Assembly (NCBI GenBank): GCA_000934665.2
Contig: KZ538511.1
Coordinates: forward strand, 45,085 to 65,084
Source of the DNA: Catajapyx aquilonaris
Taxonomy: Eukaryota
Length of the DNA stretch: 20,000 nt
Direction: 5' to 3'
Program-made: the position numbers and the translations under genes
In this document: positions 10,939 through 20,000 of the stretch, one piece after another
How positions within the stretch are numbered: the first letter of the stretch is position 1
Layout of the letters: each line of letters opens with the position of its first letter
Notes under the pieces: model-generated
Database searches by the model: none
What the model was told of the DNA's origin: nothing
The model's input: the letters and a program-made list of their open reading frames with translations, nothing else

Positions 10939-13900
10939 ATGGAATTTTTGTGACTGCTTCATCATCCGGCTGCTTCAGAGTTCCATTTTATTTGGATTTT
11001 CCATTTTATATATAATTTAATTTACTCATACAGTAGTCGTTTACTATTATAGCAGATTGTGTGGCAAGTTGATTATAGATACATTCATGGCGGTATAAAA
11101 ACAAGATGTGGGAAGCAGTGAAATTGTATCGTCGCGTCGGAGAGGACCACCATGGCAACAGAAAAAATATGTCTAAAGATAAAAATAGAAATGTCAATCA
11201 CAGGAAATCTCCGCTAGGTCTTCAGGAAGCATCCTGCTCTGAATAATTTTCATATCAGCCTGAGTGGCACTTTACAAAGTTGAAAGAGCTGCTGTGATTT
11301 CTTGTGTACCTCAACAACATCTCTGATGCGCGATGACTAAGCACTTATGTGAAAACTGGTGAGATAAATTACACAAGGGTGAAAAATTAATAACTTTGAT
11401 TGGGATTTTCTTCACACTCTTGTTATCGAAAGGTCACCATACATGAACCATATCTGTCATGTTAAAATTAAGCAACTCCCCAACCTTTAAAAGTGTGCAA
11501 TTATTCCGAAAATAATGAGCCGTGTGGTCAAAAAAAAGATAAGAATAGCTTGAAATGAATGCCATTGTCAGTCTAATTAGTCCATGTGCGCAGATAAGTA
11601 AGTTTGTCTGACACGACAGACAATCCATCCGAGTTCATTAACTAATTCGCAAACAGCTGTGCCTAGCTCCATTCTGTGATAATTGTTACGTTACGCGAAG
11701 AACCATGGTGTCTAACTATGGAGTAAACATGAGATGTTCGAAAAAAGGGAAAGGTTTAAAGTCTTCGAGTTAAATTTTGAATCGCCATTTTCATATATTA
11801 ATGAACAGCTTCTGAGTGTGACATAATCACTTATAAACACCATTTAGTTGCTCTTAAAATCATTATATAACTACAATAATGTTTCAGTGAAAGAGCGCTG
11901 TACTAATTTGTTCGTTCCTCATCAATTGAGCCGATATTTTCCCAAGGTTCATACTAATTGCCCACCAACATTGTTAGCGACGCAATTAACAATGTTGATC
12001 AGTGTCGTACGTAATTTTTAGAGAGATTGCAGCAACGCATTATTTGTTTAATTTTTGTAATGAGAAGTGACACTTGACTTCTTTTTTTAAAAACCGCATG
12101 AGTTATTGTTGATCGTACCGAAGGTCGCATTTGAACTCATTAAAGATGCCTCACCAACAATGTTGTGTTTATGTAATATTTGAACTTAGCTTCACTTACT
12201 GAAGAGCCTTTGATCGTGTTTAATGATTGGCAGAATTTGATTGACATTCTCCTGAGTTTCTCCAACGGATCGTATTGACCACATAGGCTCATTGGAATTA
12301 GTTTCGCTAGCATTCATATTTCTTCAAAGAGAGACGAGTATTAATTAATTACCGGCAGCATTTATTACATGTTGGATTCAAATCTCATTCGGAATATTTG
12401 CAGCAAAGGGATATACACAGTACAACGTAGGATACCCCAATACCCAACGGCAATATTGATGTAATCTTCGAATAATGACACAACGCACATATGTGGATAT
12501 GAATGTACTCTATCAAGGGAATTATCATACACTACACTTTTAAGGACAAGTACATGAATATTTCCGGCTCAATGCACTAAATTACATTAGTTTACATCCT
12601 TTTTCTTTTGTACAAATTTGCCTTCTACTTCAGACCTCTTAGGTACCGTATATCAAAGTAAAATATACCAGACGCATCTAAGTGAGCCCAGAAGCACTAT
12701 TTGTTATGTAAAGGGTGTTAAGTTGTGGCGTCGACTTGATGAGATTCAGCATGAAGCAATTTAACACTAGGAGACTAGAGTCTGGTGAGAGACTTTATCC
12801 GGATGCAAATAATTTGCACGAACAGTAGCCTTTGCTGGCAGCTGCAAGGCAATATGATTTGCCACATGGTGGCAAAGCAAATCTACCAATTTCAGGACAA
12901 ACTACAGCAGTGAGTTACAAACGCATATTTTGATCATCTCATGTACTTTACCCATCAATTTGGGTAGAAGTTAACTTTTCAATTTGGTTCAAAGAAAAGT
13001 TTTTGTTATGAACATTAATTTTGAACAGGCACTCGGAGTACTCTTTTATACGATGTAGATATTTTGCAAGGTAATTCAAAGTAATTTCAACTACGCCACA
13101 GAATGGGTTTGATTCATTTTTTTGTTGGCAACCATTTGAATGCATCTGTGGGTCACCCTTGACTCAGCCCTGTCATGTACTGTACATTACCTAACAGCAT
13201 CAAAGCAAACCTTTAATATGTTGAAGTGCCTATCAATGATAAGTTGATTTCCCAGCTGCGTCGCTAATCAGTTTGGTTTAGTTTTAAAACACAGAGGCAG
13301 GCAAGCGTCTGACAAACTCGATTCCGCAATGTCTACAAAGGCTAATTTCCGAATCTATTTTCAAACACTGTCAATGGCAACTCTGGCAGGCATATGCGGG
13401 GTGTTGACCAAAAGGCTGATGGAGAGCGAGTTCTGGCAAAGCCCCTCTACAGTTAGCTCAATGGCAATAACCAAGGCTGACAAGTAGCATGAATCAATTG
13501 GTCGTCTTCATCCACCCGGGGCACAGCACCGCCGATACACGACCAGAGAGTGAGCCACGACGATAAGCGTATGCAGATCAGGCTATGACGTGACACTCCT
13601 CTCATTCGTGCGATTAAGTTGTTACACAAGTGGGTTACGTGAAATGGGATCATGATCAGACCGGAACATTGTTAATGACTTTTTTGGTGTGATAATTGGC
13701 CCAATTTTTTGGTCGGTAATGCCCCAAAAATAAAATTTGATATCAGTACTATTGGTTAACTTGTTATCAGGTCACGTTAATGTACCTACTGGTAAGTGCT
13801 TCTACGAAACATTTTAATGTGCGAATAGTTTTTGTTAGAGTAGCACGCTAATGCCCAGTATGTGAACATCACGCACTTGCATATTTCACCATATTGATTG

Positions 13901-14141
13901 CACCATTGCCCCGTGGTTATTTTCTTTGGCCGAGTTAGTTGAATATTAAAAGCATTTGCAAGATCGGGTTAGACAAATAATGGATTGTAATTGCAAGACG
14001 GTTAATCCCGGATATCTATTCTGCTCTACATTTACAAACGACCGCGATCGCTTGCTAAATTGCATGTGCTTCTCGAAAAGCATTTTGGAGGTCGTTTCTG
14101 TATAGTCCGAACAAGGTTATTACACCAATCCATATTAGACG

Positions 14142-14170
14142 TCAGATAAGTATGGGTCGCACTTATCTGA
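14142..14170. repeat. 10-bp perfect inverted repeat, each arm carrying a GATA motif (AGATAAG)
   Basis: tcagataagt (14142-14151), a 9-nt spacer, then acttatctga (14161-14170). Confidence 0.65.
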
Positions 14171-15388
14171 AGGATGAAGGTGATTGTATCGGTGATTACC
14201 AAACTACATTAAAAATTTAATTCAAACCTACTCACTGACGCTTTTCCGATCCTATCTTTTGGTCTAACACTTAAAATATTGGCGTTGTTCAACTACTTTC
14301 TGCATGCATAATATCAAAGGCTTAAAAATATCTCACGGAACATTAAAGGGGACCATTTGCACCCGGAGAAGCGTGGGACAATTTTTTTCCATATTGAACG
14401 TTCTCTCCCAGAAATAAATTCACTCCAAAGAAACGCCCACACGAAAATTAATGATATTGTGGGAATTTGTGAATATTTGTACGACTTTTTCATATGCAAA
14501 ATATTTTCAATATATGCAAAAAAATTATCTAATTGTTCCTAACTTAATTACATGACGGTAGCACATGCATAACAATTAAGTGCAGCAATTGCCTCCAGGT
14601 CTTTATTGTATCCGTTGCAACACAAACTCTATTACGTGTCATGCTGCTAAGCCAGCTTATTATCTGACACTTGTTTCGCGAAATTCAGCGTAATTTCAGT
14701 TTAGAAACACAGAGCTTGCACTACCCTCGGGACTAATTAGCACCTTAGGAATGGTCATGTAACAATTACGGGCTTTCCTGTTCACCGATGCTTCTCAGAA
14801 TCCAGCCTAAAGGCTCTTTGAAGCCTTAGTTAAGATAGCTATAGCTGTTTTGATCTCCCTAAATGTAATTGGAACTAGTTTAGGTATGAATCTGAACCTC
14901 CATGTTTGGTCAAAGGCCATTTTGTAAATGAAATTGCAAGGTTATATCTATGAATTTTGGATCAAAGTAATAAAGTGGATTGCATGCTGGAGGGTCAACT
15001 ATGCCCACGAAACAAAGACCCTCTATTTATCATTTAACGTGGATTCCGCTTTGTCAGATTTGCCACCCCTTTGGGACCAGCCAAGCGCTCCATGAAAGCC
15101 TCTCTGATGCATATAATTCTTAATAGCAACTACATACAATTTTAATAAGATATTCAATTAGAACCTGAAAAGGCTTAGCCCGCCCTTTTTTTTGTTGTAT
15201 TTGAATACGAAATCTTGATTCCAAAAGGATGAATTCAGTAAATGGTGGATTTGCCCATACCGATATCGAGCAAAATGTTAAAACCAGTTCTGCCGACTTA
15301 AACCGCAAAGAGTTTCCGACTATTGCCTCATTTAGATTCCATTAACGTAACCGGTCGGGGATTTAAGATTTTTGAGCAAAATCGGTGA

Positions 15389-15749
15389 GTTGTGCAAAAA
15401 CCCTATTGGGAATAATCCAATTTTAGCATAATAGTTTGTCTATACAAACTTCAAATGATCCCCCATTTATCTGGATCATTTGGAAATGCAGACACTATTA
15501 TGGTCCAACCCCGCCAGAGGCAAAAACTAATTTTGTTCGGATGTTCCGAAAACTGATTTTATTGCTAAACCCCCTTAGGGGGTTCTGAGATGGCACAAGA
15601 TACAGAAAAGCTGGTTTTGCTGTAGTTGATATGATTTATTTGTTGTAGCATGTTTTGCAATAGTTTGTCACGTCCTGGAACCACTCTATTGAAAGTTTGC
15701 TGTTGGCTCCCATAGGGGAAGGATTTCCCATAGGGACAGTGAACACAAC
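15389..15749. mobile_element. Possible decayed fold-back / MITE-like non-autonomous DNA transposon remnant
   Basis: Several short motifs recur in inverted, colinear order around a central palindrome aacccccttagggggtt (15568-15584); see findings. No termini or TSD identified. Confidence 0.3.
15427..15502. repeat. Imperfect 76-nt hairpin
   Basis: cataatagt (15427-15435) pairs with actattatg (15494-15502), gtct (15438-15441) with agac (15490-15493), and caaatgatcc (15452-15461) with ggatcatttg (15473-15482). The loop is 11 nt. Confidence 0.65.
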
Positions 15750-15993
15750 CTAATAAATTTAAACAACTGTTATTTTTGGCTTCCTCAACAAAATTGGCAC
15801 CTACCTTTTCTTTTAAGTTGACAAAAAGTTGGATGTCACTCCTATGTACATTCCGTCTCAGCTGACCCCTGCAATAGTGTGCTCACTAACTAAAATAGAT
15901 TCAATCACTGTCAATATCAAGGGGGACCAGAAATAATTTGCAGAAGATCGGGAGGAAGCAGAGGAGCAACTGTGGCGCGGATTATTGGAACAA

Positions 15994-16086
15994 GGGGATG
16001 GAGGGGAAATAGTAGTTGGCGGCGACTCAGGGAGGGAGGGAGTGACGCTTTTGGGGTTGGGTGGGTTCAGGATAGTGTGGGGAGGG
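15994..16086 (+). other. G-tract cluster with G-quadruplex potential
   Basis: Ten runs of 3 or more G, starting at 15994, 16003, 16030, 16034, 16038, 16053, 16059, 16063, 16079 and 16084, several separated by only 1-2 nt. Confidence 0.5.
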
Positions 16087-16852
16087 AGACGCAGGCGTGG
16101 AGTTTTGGTGGCGTCACAAGAAGAGCGTCACCATCCCCAAGGGACGGTGAATCTCTTCGGCATTTATGGCTCCCTGATTAGCAACATGAGGTGTATTTTC
16201 TAGGGTGTTATCAGCAGGCGTAATGGACAAAAAGTTAAAGTTGGGCATGCAACATCGATTCCCGTTTTTTGCATACAGTGTGAGACTGCGTGCACAAAAA
16301 GCTGAAGTCAGCACTTTTGATATACGAATAGCATCTAATTTGTAATTCAATGATCCGAACTTCGGATGTGACACCATGATTCAGTAGTCCAATCCAAGAC
16401 GATTGATCGTCGGAAGAGCAACCCTCAGTTGTTACTTTTTTATCTAATTTTTACACCCTTGTTAAGTTTACGATCCACAAAAGCTGACCAAACGAGCGTC
16501 TTTGGTCTCCAAACTCGCTGCCGGTGACCAATCTTTGCTTTATGAGCTCGCAGCCATTATGTCCCATTTCAGACTCCATCCAGCTTAAGGTGTGTGTCTC
16601 TATTGCTCACCAAACTAGTTCCTTTGTGTTGCTCCAGCTTCTGTTTACGTCTTCTCTCTACCCCATTATGGCCATCCTTGCTCTAGAATCTTTCATTTTC
16701 TGACACGTTTACTTACTTTCAGTCCTTGGCTCTCCATTTGAGGGTAATAACATTGGGTGCTGTTTACCTGAAACGGGCTGAACATCCCAAATTGGTAGAT
16801 GTTCCAATTCAGTGGAATTTTTCGCAGTCTGCATTCTGTAATAGTTTGATTC

Positions 16853-17154
16853 AACCTTACCTTATATCTTACCTTATAACCTTACCTTATAACCTTACCT
16901 TATATCTTACCTTATAAGTTTATAACTTTACCTTATATATTACCTTATATATTACCTTATATCTTACCTTATAAGTTTATAACTTTACCTTATATATTAC
17001 CTTATATATTACCTTATATCTTACATATAAGTTTATAACTTTACCTTATATATTACCTTATATATTACCTTATATCTTACCTTATAAGTTTATAACTTTA
17101 CCTTATATATTACCTTATATATTACCTTATAAGTTTATAACTTTACCTTATATA
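16853..17154. repeat. AT-rich minisatellite: 12-bp monomer TTACCTTATATM arranged in a 57-bp higher-order repeat
   Basis: The monomers ttaccttatata, ttaccttatatc and ttaccttataacc are read directly. The marker aagtttataac starts at 16916, 16973, 17029, 17086 and 17131 (spacings 57, 56, 57, 45). Confidence 0.95.
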
Positions 17155-20000
17155 ACACCTTTATTGCCTTATTTGTGCGATAATGTGACACTAGGGTGTG
17201 TATTGCTGGTTCGGGAGTGATATAAATAGAAATGGGATGCATCAGTAATTCCAACGAAAATATAGTCTTTTCTATCCTACTGTGCTCATAAAGGAGACAT
17301 GTAATCCTCTACATTCAGGTTCGTAAACATCCTCCTCATTAGGACCGTTATACCTTAACTTCCAACTTATATTATGCCATATTTATATACAAATTGAAAT
17401 TACGTAACTCATTAGTTAATAAAATCTTCCCACGCAGTTATTCGCATGAAAGTTAGAAAATATGATTGTTTTGGGTAAGTCTGAGAATAGTGGCCAAGGG
17501 ATCAAAGCGTTGGTCCAACGTCATTAAACTAGCAAATGAGCTCGAGCTAGAATGAAAAACAGGTGCCAACTGGCAGCTCCTCGCCCACTTTCAAATTTGC
17601 TCCCTTACGCTCTCCTTTAATGAGGAAACCTCGTTAACCTCTTCCCGACTGTTTGCAAATGAGGATCCAGTCTTAATTTCCTCCCTGACTTTGTTGTTTA
17701 GCTGCGTCATTGTGCTGAGTCCTTTTTGCAAAACTTTAGGAAAATAGCATGAAATTGCATGCGAATACATATTGCGTGAGAAATTTTCAGCATGTTTCCC
17801 ACGATTCAATGGGCTTACTTGGTTCATTAGAAATCGACTAAATAGACTAATACCTAGAGACACCGTGACATTTTATGACACGACATATTGCATGCTGTGA
17901 CCTTATCCTCGTTAATTAAAAACCGTATTTCAGTATCAGCATTTCTATGTACCTTTTGATGCTTTTGGCACTGTGAGGTTTAACAGATTTTGCATCGCTG
18001 CTTTGAATAAAATAGTGCCAAATGCAAATTATGCGTGATTATGACGTAAGTCATTAGAACATTTTAAACTAGCAACGCTAATGTAAATCATGTACTTATT
18101 TCCATTTCTATGAATCAGTGAATTGAACTGATTCAATCAACCCTTTTTTTCTTGGATATGTGTCTATAGCCCCCCCTGGATCCCAGTGGAATATAGGCCG
18201 ACATTTGAGCGTCAAAGGCCGCCTTCACGTCGTCGTCGCATTTGAATTGGCCCGTTTCCGATGAAAATAAGGCGCTCTGAACCGGGATTCGTCTTTCTGG
18301 ATTAGTTATGGGAATGGTGCGTGGACGTTGCCAGATTCCCGGGGCAAAAGCAGCGTTTATGTTGAGAGCTCTGTTTCGAGTCGTGAACAAAGATATGTAA
18401 ATATTTAAAAGCAAGCTTTGCTGCAGGCAGGAAGTTCATTAAATCCCCGGTCCGGTTGGCAACAAAACGGGTGGAATATCTTCCAGCGCGTGATGAATCA
18501 GTCCTGCTTAATTAAACTGTCTCTGGGTCAAGATAATTACTGCAGTGTACATGTAGCTACGTATGACATTGTAATATTCCTTCCCAAAATTCATACAGCG
18601 TACCGGTATCTAAAAATAAATTATTTTAATCTAATTGCACATATATTGCTAATCAATATCCTGCACAAGACGATTACTGGATTTGAAAATTCCCATCACT
18701 CGTCAATAGCATAAGCCTTCTCCTTTAGTGCCATTACACGTCAGGGTTCTATAATTGAAGATAAATGTCCATGGGACGTCGAAGGTTTATTCCTGCGCAT
18801 TGAGCATGGCGGCGGTGAATGAGACCATTGATCAGGAATATTTTGGTGGAAAGGGGCAGGTTTTTTTGGTCGTGTCCTATGACACTGAACAAGGTCCAAA
18901 AGGGAGAAAAACTGCTTTCCAGCGGATGGCGTCCGCTTCCCAAAATGGATGAGATGCACATTGAATCATCGTGCGCACAAAGAATGGAAACAAACTGGGT
19001 GGAACATGTGGGAACTAAACGGAACAGGCTGGAATATTTATTCTCACCGTTGCACAAACATGGGATATTTTGTGGGCGTTGATATTTAAATGTTATCTTT
19101 CCACGCAGCGAGACTCTATTATGGTAATGATATATTGAACAATTTCATTCGCGACCAGGACGAACCTTTTTTTTAAAATTATACATTTCAGCGAGCATAT
19201 TCAGTAATCTTGACATTTTCGGACAAACCCCCGTCTATCAATGAAGATGTAATTTTCTAGTATTCCACTGATTCATACCATTCTAATTCGTGGTAGGCCT
19301 AAGGGCTTCATGAAATACGAATTCTTGCACCTGTCGAAATAATCTGCTGTGATTTCGAAAGGCTTCATAAGAGCACAGATGTTTGATTTCACATCGTGGT
19401 AAGTTCGTAATTGCAATTTGCATATTGGATTTCAAAGAAATTTAGAAGTATTTTAGACCAACACTAATTTAAGTTGATTTTTTTAACTATTTTATTTTCC
19501 ACATGGAACAGCTGTCATGTAACATTTCGCATTATAAATAATATCAAAGTACCTGTTGGCCTAATTGACATTTGAACAAAGATAAATTGAGGCCCTTGTT
19601 TATTTCGGTTCGGCCAACATAAGGACCATATATTTTTCAATCAGCGCTAAACTTTTAAGGAACACATGCGATAAATCAGGTTTCACAGTATACTTATTTG
19701 CTCTCCTTTCTTCAAAGTATCCACTAAAATGTTGCTTAAATTTATCTACATTTATTTTTTATTTGCTTATATTGTATCATTAATTACAAAATGAACTAGA
19801 ATTGATTCTGTTAAATTACAGTTTGGCAATCGGATTTTTGAATATCAGATCAACGATTCTCAACCTTGTATAAAGTATATATAGTCGACACCCATGTCAT
19901 GGCAAACGCAAAAGTATTAAGAATTCTATAACAAACACATCATTTTCAAGGAGAAAAATTCCGTACATATGTAGAATCTTCTTTAATATCTGTACTTATT

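Noticed and set aside
12858..12876. Hairpin tttgccac-atg-gtggcaaa as a terminator or Helitron end
   Set aside because: The context is eukaryotic and non-coding, there is no upstream gene and no CTRR end at the expected distance. Isolated 8-bp stems are expected by chance.
3370..13184. TACAGTA/TACTGTA as Tc1/mariner excision footprints (3370, 3383, 4687, 9555, 9940, 11029, 13178)
   Set aside because: Seven seen against roughly four expected from base composition by my rough estimate, which is not distinguishable from chance.
9364..13385. hAT-like TIR pair cagtgttgcca (9364-9374) / tggcaactctg (13375-13385)
   Set aside because: Only a 10/11 match, the 8-bp flanks differ (gtgcacac vs gcaggcat) so there is no TSD, and no transposase lies between them.
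14343..14356. ttaaaggggaccat as a Kolobok-type terminus (TTAA followed by AGGGG)
   Set aside because: I found no matching inverted terminus in the window.
16853..17154. CRISPR array or telomeric repeat
   Set aside because: The sequence between recurring aagtttataac motifs is itself repeated, so there are no unique spacers. No cas genes are present, and the monomer is not TTAGG or TTAGGG. ORF 16726-16917 simply reads into the repeat.
18208..18270. Mariner transposase C-terminal echo (GQFKCDDDVKAAFDA, minus strand)
   Set aside because: The diagnostic upstream YSPDLAP motif and the downstream L..RW..C are absent in the frames I checked. The match is too short.
18849..18878. GRF zinc-finger-like ERGRFFWSCP
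   Set aside because: The other zinc ligands are not present in frame, and a 10-aa match is insufficient.

Overview
Moderately AT-rich window (roughly 40% GC by eye) that reads as non-coding animal genomic DNA, either intergenic or a large intron. It does not look prokaryotic or phage-like. The longest ORF in the track is 126 aa, none is a recognisable intact gene, and there is no operon structure, rRNA, intact tRNA or CRISPR array. The best-supported features are (1) a ~300-bp minisatellite at 16853-17154, in which a 12-bp monomer is organised into a 57-bp higher-order unit, and (2) a decayed tRNA-derived SINE with a V-SINE-type core at ~1700-1822. Weaker signals are short peptide resemblances to transposable-element proteins (Gypsy integrase GPY/F region, a Kolobok-like transposase motif, a LINE RNase H), a possible decayed fold-back element at ~15.4-15.75 kb, a G-tract cluster, several hairpins and scattered octamer motifs. 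I did not find a convincing previously undescribed biological system. All protein-family resemblances are from recalled motifs, not from searches.
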